A DNA stretch of 64,000 nucleotides from Octopus sinensis. Lineage: Eukaryota. Location: positions 30,566,001-30,630,000 of the forward strand of contig NC_043016.1 in assembly GCF_006345805.1 (NCBI RefSeq), read 5' to 3'. The notes under the pieces were generated by a model, which made no database searches, was not told the DNA's origin, and saw nothing but the letters and a program-made list of their open reading frames with translations. Made by a program: the position numbers and the translations under genes. Below, one piece after another: positions 25,613-39,182 of this stretch; the stretch's first letter is position 1; each line of letters begins with the position of its first letter.

Positions 25613-26039
25613 CTGCAAAGAGAATAAAAGTAAAATTTTAGTGACATATACAAGCCAATGTGAATTTCCCTCTCTCTCTCTCTCTCTCTCTCTCTTGCTC
25701 TCTCTCTCTTGACAACAAAGTGTAAGCTAGGTTAAAAAATTAATTTTCAAATTTTCTTGTAATGTACATCATAAACAATACTAAAAACAAAGAGAAGGAA
25801 TCAATGAGGGAGCTTATGTATGTTACTTGATCTGTTAGAGGAAACAGCTAATTCTCCTCCAAATTACACTCGCTGACATTAGAAAAAAAAAGCTTACATT
25901 TGACAATGTTAATTGATTGAATCGTTATGGCCAAAATGTACATGAATTTAGGTCTGCTTGGTACAGACTGACCTGGAGCTAACTAAGAACAACAACTTTA
26001 ACTGATAGTAAAATACTATTATGAAAGTAAAATAAATAC

Positions 26040-26123
26040 CAGCAATTTTCGGTATAATTTCAGAACATTTTCGGGCATTGCTTGTGACTTGGTTTGTAAA
26101 AGGACGGAGTAAAATGCTTGGTT
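26040..26123 (-). CDS. TOGARAM1: TOGARAM1 exon: (E)PSILLRPFTNQVTSNARKCSEIIPKIA
   Basis: AG/GT boundaries, 84 nt, phase 1-1; LLRPF matches the recalled LLQPF motif. Confidence 0.85.
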
Positions 26124-27062
26124 CTATTGAAAAGTAAATAAATAAATAAATACAAGCACAAATTGAGTTTCCTACATATTTAAAAATATTTTTGATATGA
26201 TAAATTTAAATTACTTGCAATAGTTGTTAATTATGGTATTTGAATAAATTAAGACTAATCTTTACAACAAGAAATTGATGCATGCATTACACTCACACAC
26301 ACACACACACACACACAATATAATATGCTTAATGTTTTTACACCATTGTCAAGTCAGTTCTTGTGGCATTTAGTCTGAGATAACATCTTTTATGGACATG
26401 CTGTATTAAAAAATACTATATATATCGATATCATTATTTCATATGAAACTGTCATTAACCTAGCGAGTATGACATTGTTGTTAGAGAAAAAAGGACAAAT
26501 ACTGCAACCTGTATGAGAACAAAACTCTTGCCTTTACTGAGGAGATGGAGGCTATAAGAAGGATGGTGGTGGTTTCTGAGATGGAGTGAAGAAAATTGAA
26601 GCTGCAGAATTTGTTGTTCTTAGAAGTAAGAATTACTAGGTGAAAACTTTAAGCATTTTATCAGTTACAAACTATGAATTATTAATTTCAAAGGGCCACT
26701 GCTTCTGTAACCAAGTATCAGGACCATTTCCTCCAGTGGTATTTGAGGCATTTGGAGAGGCTCGGCTGCTAACAGTGAAGTTCTTGTCACTGTTGGTGGC
26801 TTGCCTTATTGAGTTATTAGGTGATGCTCGCAAGGGCATTTGATTGTTCCAACTCCTTAGCCTTGCCATCATCTGCAGTAATGCCAAGAGCATGTTGGCT
26901 TGCTTCAATAGGTTCTGTTGAACCTTGTGGTGCACATCCAATTGAAGCACTTAGTGCTGAATTGATGATTTTTTCTTTCCTTCTTACTGCTTTTCTTTTC
27001 TTTTTTGTCTTTCTTCACTCATGTTTGTGTTTCCTTCAGTTTTAGATTTGTACATCTTTTAA

Positions 27063-27970
27063 GGTGCAGGCATGGCTGTATGGTAAGAAACTTGGTTTCA
27101 GTCCCACTATGTGGCACTTTGGGCAATTGTCTTCTATTATAGCCTCAGGCCAACCAGAGCTTTGTGAGTGGATTTGTATGTATGTATGTATGTATGTATT
27201 GGGTTGTCCGGAAAGTTTGTGCCGATTTTTAAAGGAAAGAAAAGGGTCAATAAATACTTGCCATTACATTTTTAATCAACCAAATATGAACCATTTTGTT
27301 CCACAATGCGTCTCCATCTTTCCTTTAACTTGAAAATATCCTCTTCCCAGAATTGAGGTGGTTTCATTGCAAAGAATTCATCAAGGTATCTTTTTACATC
27401 ATCCAAGGAATTGAAATTTTTACCATTAAGACTATTCTGCAGAGATCTGAATAAGTGGAAATCTGAAGGAGCAATATCTGGTGAATATGGAGGGTGGGGT
27501 AGCACATCCCAGCCGAGCTGCAGCAATTTTTGTCTGGTTCCCAAAGCATCAAGTGCCAAAAATGAACTTTCTTATCTTCCATTTTAAAGTGTTTCAGAAT
27601 TAACACAGGTTATAGGAAGATAAACCTTCTTCCACGAAAAGATAGCTTAAACTGTGCTCTAAATGGAGGTGTAGTCAAATAAGTCGAAAGGTAAGCTACT
27701 ATAAATTGGCACGAACTTTCCGGACAACCCAATATTTGTGTGTGTGTGTGTGTGTCTCTGTGTCTGTGTTTGTCTCCCTCCACTACTTGACAACTGGCGT
27801 TGGTATGTTACATCCCTGTAACTTAGCAGTTCAGCAAAGGAGACCGATAGAATAAGTACTAAGCTTCTAAAAATAATTAGCCCTAGGTGAATTTGTTTGA
27901 TTAAAAAAAACCTTCAAGGCGGTGCCCCAGCATGGCCACAGTCAAATGATTGAAAATGAATAAAAAATAA
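27063..27970 (+). mobile_element. SINE family A copy interrupted by a mariner element
   Basis: Head at 27063-27175 and body/tail at 27735-27970. Confidence 0.8.
27199..27732 (-). mobile_element. Internally deleted mariner transposon (534 bp) with TIRs and TA TSD
   Basis: ta|ttgggttgtccggaaagtttgtgccgattt ... aaattggcacgaactttccggacaacccaa|ta; encodes LGWDVLPHPPYSPDIAPSDFHLFRSLQN. Confidence 0.95.
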
Positions 27971-28175
27971 AAGATACCATATACATACATACTACATAAC
28001 GATTAAATTCAAATCTGCAGAATTTCTTCCCGGAAAAAGCTTTTAAAAAAAATTAATATACAAAAAAATAAAATGGAAAAATTGTAATTAGTTTCAAATA
28101 AATGTCTTTAATATTCTTGATGCACACCACAGTGAATAAAATAGTAAACGATAAAATATCCTCAGAGAAACTTAC

Positions 28176-28392
28176 CTAAACAATGTATTAACAAATCCAA
28201 AATTTTTATGGTGATATTGTGAATTTCAAGGTTTTTGGAGGATAAGTTGGTGCTAACATAGTTCACAGTTAAGTTGATAACTTGTCCCATCGATGGGTAA
28301 ATGATTGGTATCACTTCAAGTAATATCTTTAAGGCTAGTAAATTCACTTTACTATTGGCATCCTGTAGCCGTGGCAAAAAGTTATCAAAGAT
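28176..28392 (-). CDS. TOGARAM1: TOGARAM1 exon (TOG4): IFDNFLPRLQDANSKVNLLAL...NLSSKN...LIHCL
   Basis: CAG/GTAAG boundaries, 217 nt; TOG loop motifs DANSKV and NLSSKN. Confidence 0.92.
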
Positions 28393-28969
28393 CTGTCGAA
28401 AGATTTTAACAAAATGTTTACTTGCAATACTAACTGAAATTTATGTTTAGCTTTCATTTCATTTCATTTCATTTCATTTCTTTCTTTCTTTCTTTCTTTC
28501 CTTCCTTCCTCCTTCCTTTTTTCTTTCATTCTTTTTCTTCCTTTCTTTCTGTGTGTGTCTGTGTGCGAGTGTAAGTGTGTGTGTGTGTGTGTATGAATAT
28601 AAACATGTGCACGAGTATGTCAGAATATGTACATGTGCATGAGTGTGTGTGAGTATGCGTGGGTATGTATGTACATGAAAATATGTGTATTTAAAAAACT
28701 AGTCTTTTTGTCAAACACCATTAATTAAAAATACAAGTAAATTTTGACAATATTGAAAATATTGCAAAAAGAAAAGAAAAAAAGTAACTTTGAAATGTCC
28801 AACACCTAACCCCATAATTATACATTGTTATGTGAATAATGAGCCTCCATAGAGCTATGAAATTAATTAAGAAAATACTACTTGTGTGCTCATAAAGCTT
28901 CAGCTTTAAAATACATTGCAAATATAGAAATAAATACAATTAGATAAAATTTGTTTTAACAACATAGGC

Positions 28970-29246
28970 CAATGGTTCCCAAACTTTTTCGGATTGCCGC
29001 CCCCTTGACACCCAGGTCACATTCTTAAAACTCCCACCCCAACCAACCATCACAAATATAGACCTCTTTCTCAAGCAAATTCAAAGCATCTGTATTTCAC
29101 AAATAAAACTTAACCTAATAAACCCATCATTTTGTTGTTTTTACATAAATCACTACCCCTTTATCGCCCCACTCTTCTTCAACACCCTCTTGGAACTTTC
29201 CACCGTCCCCAGTGGGGAGCAATACCGCCCACTTTGGCAACCACTG
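28970..29246. mobile_element. hAT (Charlie-like) MITE with 8-bp TSD
   Basis: TSD acataggc at 28962-28969 and 29247-29254; TIRs caatggttcccaaac / ctttggcaaccactg. Confidence 0.9.
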
Positions 29247-29803
29247 ACATAGGCCAATAGCTTAATAGATATAAAACAATAACAGTAAAACATGTAATAT
29301 TGATTTCATATTTTGACACAGGGCCAGTAGTTTGGGGGAAGAGGATAAGTTGATTACATTGACTCCAGTACATAACTGGTACTTATTTTATTGACTCTGA
29401 AAGGATGAAAGGCGAAGTTGACTCCAGCAGCGTTTAAACTCAGAACATTAAGTCAGAAGAAATGAAGCATGGTAATTTGTCTGGTATACAAACAGTTCTA
29501 CCAGCTCTCCGCCTTAGTCAAACATGTAATACTGAATTCAAATATTAAGTATTATATATATGAAAGAAAATATCTTAAATAAAATTTTGAAATGTCAATT
29601 AAGAATATAGAACAAACATGCAAAAAATAAAAACTCAGTTATGCTTTGTATTTTGGATCATTTCCTAATTTAGTTGCAGAAATCTTCAAAAACTAAAATG
29701 AATCTATCAAGTATGGATATTTAAACATCTATGTATCTATATATACACACATAAATAAGTGAAGAAATATATATATATATATATATATATGCCTATGTAT
29801 ATG

Positions 29804-29852
<49 letters not shown>

Positions 29853-30129
29853 GTGTTGTGTGTGTGTTGTGTGTTTGTGTGTGTATGTGTTTGTCCCCCT
29901 AGCATTGATTGACAACCGATGCTGGTGTGTTTATGTCCCCATTACTCAGCGGTTCGCAAAAGAGACCGATAGAATAAGTACTGGGCTTACAAAAAGAATA
30001 AGTCCTGGGGTCGAGTTGCTCGATTAAAGGCGGTGCTCCAGCATGGCTGCAGTCAAATGACTGAAACAAGTAAAAGAGTAAAAGAGAAAAGAGAGTATAT
30101 ATATATATAGCCATCCATCCATCCATCTT

Positions 30130-31140
30130 TTCCACTCACTATTCTTGGGGTGGGTCATGAGGAGTAGAGTTTTCAGGCACTTCTTCCATAGGGTCCTACC
30201 AGTAGCATTAGGCTTTGTAGCTTGATTCCCAAGCATGAGAAACCGAGACTATGAATGTTATCCTACCATCTTATTCTTGGTCTTCCCTTATGTCACTCAC
30301 CAGTTGGCTCAGCTTAAAGAATCTGTCTTGTGATTCTTTTGTGTGACATTGTGAATCACATGCTTCACTTCTCAATGTGGAGAAGCAGCAGCTTAGTTTG
30401 GAGAGACTCCCTGATCCCTGACCCATGAACCATGCTGAGTAATGTTACTCCGGAGTCCTTCGAAGAAACCTTATCTTAGCTCTTTGCATTTACAATCGTA
30501 CTCTTTCACTCATTATCCAACATTTATGACCATAGGTGACGATAGGCACAGAAACCAAACTGAAGATTGTAAGTATGGCCTTTTTACCAATTTTTCTTCT
30601 TCTGGGGATTGAATGCTGGAGTTTAAAAGGTAAAAAGTAAAGGTTACCTTCTTGAGTCATACTGGCTCATAAGGGCTGGTTTCCCAGCTTCTGTGGCATA
30701 TAAATTCCCCATCTGCATGGGATACGAGACCGTTACAGGATTACACATTTTTGCCAGCTGAGTGGACTGGAGCAGTGTGAAATGAAGTGTTTTGCTCAAG
30801 AACACAATGCATTGTCCAGGAATTGAAACCACAATCTTATGATCATGAGTCCAACACCCTAACCACTAGGCCTCGTGCCTCCACAATGCACTCTGCAATT
30901 CTAGCATCCAATTCTGCCTCCTGCTTTCCATCACTCATAAAAATGCCCTGAGATACTTAGACTTATTCCTTTGTTTCACTGATGTTCCACTATCATGCAG
31001 GCAAAGCACACTGAGAATTCTTTCTTGAGAGGACTAATGTCTCAGTCTTTGCAACACTAATTTTCATTCCAGCCGTGTAGCACTCGGCAACAAACCCATT
31101 CAGTGCATGCTAGAGATTGCCATCTGATGAACTAAGTACT
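30130..31140 (-). mobile_element. Degraded RTE-type LINE 3' region interrupted by a family-C SINE (30625-30885)
   Basis: Minus-strand remnants KYL..F.SDGKQEAELDARI, VPIVTYGHKCW and GRPRIRW, with stops and frameshifts. Confidence 0.75.
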
Positions 31141-31326
31141 ACCATGTTGGCTGCAGTCGCCATATTTCATTCCATAACGGCTGCCTCTGAAGAGCATAGG
31201 GTTACATAATCGGAGTGTTACCTAACACTCCATTGAACGCTAGTGCAAAACAAATTGTTAAGGTCGACCATAATGGATACTGTACACTTTGATTAATATG
31301 TGTATGTGTGTGCATGCATGTGTGTG

Positions 31327-31357
<31 letters not shown>

Positions 31358-32182
31358 ATCATCATCAATGCCCCACTTTTCTGTGCCTACATGAGCTAGA
31401 GAGAATTCGTTGAGGTGGATTTTCTACAGCTGGTTGCCCTTCCTGTTGCCAACTGTCACTTGTTTCCATATAAGGAGATATTATCTCATCACCAGATATG
31501 TTTTCACCGAATATTGGAAACAAACGACACTGCTAGTATGATGGTGATACTTGTTTACAACTATCATGGAACATCAAAGCAACGGGACTGTAAAACACAC
31601 ACACACACACACACAAGGTATTGATCTGTCCAGGTTTATAGTAGAAGATACTTGCCTCAAGGTACCACACAGTTGGATTAAACCCAGAGTCATAAAGTTG
31701 AGAAGCAAATCTCTTACCCACAGACCTTCACCAGCACCAATCAAATATGGAAAATCATTCTGTGATTATTCAGCTAAAATCATAGACTTTTATGATTCCT
31801 AAGTGCTGTATTACAGTCAGCTACACATCCAGTTGACCAAGAGGAGCATATTTATATTGTTAAGGCACTGCAGTACTGTGCAATAATGTTAATGTAAAAT
31901 TGATATGAGCTCAAAACAAAAATGCATGCACAATAACTTTACGGTCTGCCATAAATTAACTGTGGGGTGTAATCACAACAAGAAATAGACTTTTGAGTGA
32001 TGCTTATAGTAATTCGAAGAGCTTAATTGTCTACAAGTGAAGATATTTCTGGTTTCTCCTTTTCATTTCTCTTCTACTATGCCTTGTTCCATTTCAATTT
32101 ATTACCTTGCATTTTGCATGCGCGCGTGTGTGTGTGTGCAGTAGAATATGGGGTGAGAATGTGTGCATATAATATACATACA

Positions 32183-32588
32183 GGCGGAGGAGTGGCTGTG
32201 TGGTAAGTAGCTTGCCTACCAACCACATGGTTCTGGGTTCAGTCCCACTGCGTGGCATCTTGGGCAAGTGTCTTCTGCTATAGCCTCGGGCCAACCAATG
32301 CCTTGTGAGTGGATTTGGTAGACGGAAACTGAAAGAAGCCTGTTGTATATATGTATATATATGTATGTGTATGTATGTTTGTGTGTCTGTGTTTGTCCCT
32401 CTAGCATTGCTTGACAACCGATGCTGGTGTGTTTACGTCCCCGTCACTTAGCGGTTCGGCAAAAGAGACCGATAGAATAAGTACTGGGCTTACAAAGAAT
32501 AAGTCCCGGGGTCGATTTGTTCGACTAAAGGCAGTGCTCCAGCATGGCCGCAGTCAAATGACTGAAACAAGTAAAAGAGTAAAAGAGT
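32183..32588 (+). mobile_element. SINE family A, young full-length copy
   Basis: Near-identical to 22687-23090. Confidence 0.9.
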
Positions 32589-32600
32589 ATACATAGATAA

Positions 32601-32632
<32 letters not shown>

Positions 32633-32815
32633 GTATTCACAGGCATGGCTATGTGATAAGAAATCTTCTTCTCAACCACATAGTTTTGGGTTCAGTCCCA
32701 CTGAGTGGATTCTTGATCAAGGGTCATCTACTATAGACTTAAGCCAACCAATGCCTTGTGAATGGATCTGGTAGATGTAAACTGAAAGAATCTTATTGCA
32801 TATATATATGTGTGT

Positions 32816-33041
32816 GGCGAGCTGGCAGAAACGTTAGCACGCCGGGCGAAATGCTTAGTGGTATTTCGTCTGCCGTTACGTTCCGAGTTCAAATTCCGCC
32901 GGGGTCAACTTTGCCTTTCATCCTTTCGGGGTCGATAAATTAAGTACCAGTTACGCACTGGGGTCGATGTAATCGACTTAATCCCTTTGTCTGTCCTTGT
33001 TTGTCCCCTCTGTGTTTAGCCCCTTGTGGGTAGTAAAGAAA
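32816..33041 (+). mobile_element. SINE family D inserted in the microsatellite of a partial family-A SINE
   Basis: ggcgagctggcagaaacgttagcacgccgggcgaaatgc...gagttcaaattccgcc; atatatatgtgtgtg lies on both sides. Confidence 0.85.
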
Positions 33042-33629
33042 TATATATATGTGTGTGTGTACATATGTACATATACACACATACATATGTACATACATAT
33101 ACATATATTATAGATTGAGATACAGGGGTCTTGTCTGGGACCCCTGTATGTCAGTCTATATTTGCTCTACATAGACATATGCATTTTGGAATCAGGATGA
33201 TCCCAGGATGGAAAATCTGCCCTTCTTTCAGCATTGGGATCTAATTTGAAAGCATTCAGGTTGCTATTTCTAGCAGGTAAAGCTTAGCTGATTCATGCCA
33301 TCTTGGTTGACATTTGTCAGATGATGTCAGAGATCAAAGGAGAGATAAATGACATCCGCTTTGTTAATTTTATGCCAAGAAAAGAAGTTTGGGACAAATT
33401 AACCAACAATTGGAATTCAACTTGAGACTGGAACAATAGAATGATTTGCATTTCAGAATTAATTCTCATCCGTCCTTAACCTTTCGTCAAACACTACTGG
33501 GACATATAGTCATTATAGACATATTATAATCATGTTATTTAGATGTCTTTAGTTTTGGGCCACAGGCCCCCAATTAACTCTCCACAGGAGCTTGCTTAAA
33601 AGTCCTCACGGAGTGTGGTTTTTAAGCTA

Positions 33630-33677
<48 letters not shown>

Positions 33678-34148
33678 TATATATATATGTATGTTTGTTT
33701 ATGCATATGTATATATCTTTATGTTGTGTCTGTCTTTCTTAACTGCCTGACAAATAGTATTGGCTTGTTTACATCTCCATAGCCTAGTGGATTGGTAAAA
33801 GACCCCAACAAAATAAGTACTAGGCTTAAAAAATAAAAAAAAACTGGAATCAACTCCTTTGACTGAAACCCTCCAAGGTGGTGCCCCAGCATGGCCGTAG
33901 CCTTATGGCTAAAACAAATAATCGTCTTCAGACTAATCAATAAAAATGTAGTAAATGCAAGAGTGATATGTTGAGTTCAATTTCTATGGCAAGTGTCAAA
34001 ATAACATTCAGTAAACCACCTGATTACGAAAGAAATCAATGGCAGATGTGTTAGAAGATGTACATGTCAAGACACGTGATGGATAAATGAAAGTGCATGT
34101 GTAGCCAGTGCTTTGAATTATAAGAATTAGAGAGAAGAAGAATCAAAC

Positions 34149-34338
34149 CTGAGTGATGTTTGTTGCAATGATATTAGGGTTTGAATCACACAGTTCTTTG
34201 AAATTTTCAAGACCTTTTTGTCGAACACGCCAATCATTAGCAGAAAGAAGTTTGTTCATTTCTTTTATTTCTTCTTGTACCATTTCAATATTTTTATATG
34301 ATATAGGTCGTTTTGCACTAGCATGAACATTTACTAAG
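34149..34338 (-). CDS. TOGARAM1: TOGARAM1 exon (linker and TOG4 HEAT A): LVNVHASAKR...LLSANDWRVRQKGLENF...TNITQ
   Basis: TTGCAG/GT boundaries, 190 nt, phase 2 to 0, joins both neighbours; TOG DWxxR motif. Confidence 0.9.
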
Positions 34339-34530
34339 CTGCAATGGGGAAAACAAAAAAAAAAAAAAAAGATATGTGGTTTATAAACTGCCAGTATGTT
34401 TTATGTATTTATTTTGCAAGATTCTTGATGTGAAATCCTGTGTTGAAACAGAAATTTGTTATACTTTGGGATGGTCATATTTTACTTATTAAACATGCAC
34501 ACACTATGTATTTTTAGTTGTCACTTCAGC

Positions 34531-34586
<56 letters not shown>

Positions 34587-36088
34587 CGCCATCATTATAA
34601 TTGTTTCTTTGTTAAAGCTCATTTTTTTCACACATCCTGAGACCTCTTTAGCCATTCTTTGTCAAACATGTCTCCTCTTGTTCTACTTATTCTACTTCAT
34701 GTGATGAAAGAGTTTTGACAAAGAACCAATAATAACAATAATCATAATAAATAATAATAACAACAAGAGAACTCAGAGAGCGCAAATCTCCACCAAATTA
34801 GCCACATCACCCTCTGAGGCCCTGCCTCCAAGCATTGTGTTGGGTTACTAGCCCTCTGCAATAAAACGTGAGGGGATTAACACATCGTGCATTAGATTGT
34901 TTTTTAGCTTGCTATCACCATGATTAATGCTCAAATAGATAAGACAGCAAAGTGGATGGAAACACAGCCAAACTACTTGCTGTATTTAATACACTCCAAC
35001 ACAGAGCTCTTGTACTGTGTCTTCAACACTATTTCTATACATCTGATGATATATAGTTGATGTAAGCAACTTTAAAAAATATAAAAGGAAGAAAAAAACA
35101 ATTTAGTATCTTACAAGTAACAACAAATAGTTGTTATGCATTTTACACTTGCAAGTAACAACAAATAGTTGTTGTGCATTTTACACTTACAAGTAAATCT
35201 AAATACCTTATTAATAGGTGTTATGTGGGAAAAGCAATATACTTTCAATTAATCCTTTGTAAAATATGATAAACTAAATACATGCTTAATTCAAGTAAAG
35301 ATATTAGTCAGTTAAAGCTTGGTATTAAAGGGACAGCATAAAAACATTCATTGTTGTTCTATAGAGGAAATTCAATTATTTGAGATTAATTATGTTTTAT
35401 GAAATAAACAGGTTTAACAATATAAACAAATCTTTCAATGACTGTAAGACATTTCAAGTCAATTTGCATTTACTTTTCTATGCTAACAAATAATTAGATA
35501 CTTCTGAAAAGAAAGAAAAAAAAACCTCATTAATTATTAATCCTCATCTTCATCATCCCCCACTGCCTCCTCCTCCTCTACCACCGTCACCCCCACCTCC
35601 TCTCATCATCATCATCATTTTACATGTTTTCTATACTAACATGGTTAGATGCATTGTCAAAATCCAAGTCATTTCTTATTTGGAGTCACTGTCCTCCATA
35701 GTGAGTCAAAGAATCACGTTTTGCTTGTATGTTCCATTTTTTTTTTGCATTATTTCTACCATTAGATTCATCTCCTAATGCCAGCCAACTTACAGAGTGT
35801 AGCAGGGCACATTTTATTGTGGTCCTAATTCTGGAGGGGTTGTCATGCCTGCAGCAAGACTAAAGTGTCTTCTGTATCCTATTTTGAGTTTTATCAATCA
35901 CTTTATCTTGGCAAGACTAAAGAGCCCTTTCTTTAATCTACGTTGTCTCTAGTCTTTCAAGATAGACATGATCAAGAGGATAAACAGAAGAGAGAAAGGG
36001 AATGATAGAGAGGCTGAAAGAAGAGAGATAAATATGAGGTGGAGAAACAGAGAGAGAGAGAGTAGCAAGATGGTATTAGGAGAGGGAA

Positions 36089-36565
36089 GGCGAGCTGGCA
36101 GAAACATTAGCACGCCGGGCGAAATGCTTTGCAGTATTTCATCTGCTGTTACGTTCTGAGTTCAAATTCCGCCGAGGTCGACTTTGCCTTTCATCCTTTC
36201 GGGGTCGATTAAATAAGTACCAGGTATGCACTGGGGTCGATGTAATCGACTTACTCCGTTTGTCTGACCTTGTTTGTCCCCTCTGTGTTTAGCACCTTGT
36301 GGGTAGTAAAGAAATAGGTATTAGGAGAGGGACAAGTGGAAAAAAGACAGTGATAGCTAAATATTGATTTCAAATTTTGACACAAGGTCAGAAATTTGGG
36401 GGGAGGGGGTAAGTCGATCAAATTGACCCCAGTGTTCAATTGGTACTTATTTTATTGACTCTGAAAGGATGAAATGCAAAGTGGACCTCGGTTGAATTTG
36501 AACCTAGAATGTGAAGGTGGACAAAACACCACTAAGCACTTTGCCTGGTGTGCTAATGATTCTGC
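36089..36565. mobile_element. Two family-D SINEs in tail-to-tail inverted arrangement (36089-36320 +, 36360-36565 -)
   Basis: Both match 32816-33041, in opposite orientations. Confidence 0.8.
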
Positions 36566-37009
36566 CTCAGTGCCTCAGTGGAAACTAAATATTGCAGATT
36601 AGTAATGTGACTGAATTGAAACACAGCATGTGTGGCATGATGGGATAGCAATAGAAATGGGTAAAGGAATTCCAGAGAGCTGATGTTCCGTGGAGAAAGA
36701 ATTATGTGAAGTAGATAATGTAGCAGCCAGTGTAGAGGCAGATATTTTGTGAGGCATTATATCTATAATACATGTATTCAGAATCCCAGTCTGCCATGGT
36801 CAAAGAAAATGTTCATCTAGAGCTGGACACTAATCTGTGACTAATTAACATAGAATGAGCTTTCTCACAACATACAATGTGTTATGGCACAGATGATACC
36901 ACATAGCATCCAATGGATTGAGGATCAGCTGTCATTATGTAGTATATAACAGGTAGTAAAACAGAAACAACCATGTAGCATATATATTTTGTAACAATGT
37001 ATTATATTA

Positions 37010-37500
37010 CAGTGATCCCTAGTTTATTGCAGTAGATCGGTTCCAAGACCGGCCGTGATAACTGAATTTCCGCAAAGTAGGGACACCATATTTACAGTAT
37101 TTATTTAATGTGTATTTGGACTTTTAAAACCCTCCCTGTACTGTTAACAACCCACCCATTACAGTAGTCTATTAATAACAAGGACAACTGTTAAGCAATA
37201 ACACTTTAGATTAAAAAAATAAAGATTGTTACTGTTACACAGGCCAGATTACAAAATAGAAAGCTGTGATTTGTCGTCTCTCTCCATTGCACCAATCACA
37301 GCCCGTCTTAAGTTCAAATACCCCTGTATATGCTTTTTTGCTATTTTACGTTTGTTTTGTTGTTCCTAGACTAGGAAATAATATTTATTATTAATATTTC
37401 AGTGGATTTAACGAAAAATTTTAGGCATTCATAATATTTTTAAAATCCATGAAGTCATGAATCTGCGATAGTTAAACCGCAAAGTAGCGAGGGATCACTG
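37010..37500. mobile_element. Tigger/pogo-type MITE with TA TSD
   Basis: ta|cagtgatccct...agggatcactg|ta. Confidence 0.88.
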
Positions 37501-37626
37501 TATTTAGCAATAAGTACATTATGATGATGATAACGACATTATGGAGACAAATTTGACTATCTCCTTATTTACACAGGAAGAATATTGAAAATTGCTTCAA
37601 TAACAGAATGTAAAATAAATGTTTAC

Positions 37627-37712
37627 CTTGCAGCAGATCCAGTCCTTGATGAGGACAAAGACTTTGCTGAATGTGGAGCAGATGATATGTCATAAGACAT
37701 TTCAACCAAACC
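37627..37712 (-). CDS. TOGARAM1: TOGARAM1 exon: GLVEMSYDISSAPHSAKSLSSSRTGSAA(S)
   Basis: TGTAG/GTAAAC boundaries, 86 nt, phase 0 to 2; like the recalled KGLGE...SAK linker. Confidence 0.85.
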
Positions 37713-39055
37713 CTACAAATGTGAAATATTTTTCAGTCATGTTACATTAGAAACACAGACACACACACACATACAAGAAAAAAGAAAAAAAAACAATGCA
37801 TGTAGTAGTGATTCTGGCATTTTCCAATTAAAAGACACTTGCCTTAGTTTCAAACATTGATGCAACCTATGAATTTCTATGAGTTTATTACTGCCTTACT
37901 TTGAAATCTCATCTGAAATACCATCACATCCCAAACACTCACTTGATTAGCTCAATCATATATTTACTCAAATAGAAATGATTTATATATTACACAACAA
38001 AATAGTTGAAATAAGAGGTGAAAGCAACAATTTGCCTCAGGCAAATAACAACACATAACTATTATTCCTGCCGGAGAAGCATTCTTAGTTTTAATTAATC
38101 CTTCATTAAATGTTACAAAAAAGAATTCTATTGTCTTTTACATGCCTTCCAATTTAGGAAATCTTGTAACATTTATGAAGAATTTGTTTTCAGTATCACA
38201 AGGTATATTAGAGAGCAACTGAAATATTTTATGAGTTATATATTAGAAATTGTGAACTTTGTCTGGTTTTATGGCATCAATGTGCTTTGAAACAAACACA
38301 GTGTGTTTCAGTAGAATAGTAGTAGCAGCATGGTTAAAAGTAAAATCTTCAGACTTGTTGTACTCCTGACCTTATTGTTGGTGTGAAACTGAGGACATAA
38401 TTTTGAAAACAGATACAAAGCTTCATATCTTCATTATGTGACAACTCAAGAGAAACAACTGAAGTCTGGCATCATAAAAACATTAGAAAAAAAAAGAAAA
38501 AACCCAATGGGTGGTACATAGAGTAGTCTTATACAAATGATGAACTGACATAATTTAGCTACACTAAGCCTGATAATGGTTGCAATTACACCTGATTTGG
38601 GATATCTCAAATGATACATGTCTCTTGATAAAAATCAGAATTTACTATAGATTATGTGTCTTTCCTATTTTTTTAAAGATGTTTCAATGTTGTTTGAAGG
38701 AATTAGACCATAATTTCTAACACATAGAATGAAATCACTTTTCAGTAGGGATAATTGGAGTAAAATAGAGACACATTATAGAAACAAATAGTTAACAGAT
38801 ATGTACAAACATATATACACATATACAAAGTGGTAAAAAAGAAAATGACAAACAAGTGCAGATGAATGCATAAAACTCATCATTCCTTTAAGTTTTGGCT
38901 GTTTTATTTGTCCTGTACAATATTTCGCTTTAACAGAATAAGAAATACAAACTTAATTTGTATAACATGATTTCTAAGAGAGGCTAATGCTTGCATTTAT
39001 TATAAAAAATAGCATGTTAAAAAGGAATAAAAAAGAAAACATGTAGTTTTCTCAC

Positions 39056-39182
39056 CTTTTTATTCAAGTTTTCTATTTGACTTTTCATGGTATTAATAGA
39101 TTCAGAAGGAAGGTATTTCTCTAGCTGTTGTTCCAAACTGGGGTTTTCCATCAACAAAAAAAGAATTTCTTTACCATGATAC
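39056..39182 (-). CDS. TOGARAM1: TOGARAM1 exon: (R)YHGKEILFLLMENPSLEQQLEKYLPSESINTMKSQIENLNKK
   Basis: TTTAG/GTGAG boundaries, 127 nt; end of TOG3 (RYYGRK..LEKY type). Confidence 0.92.
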
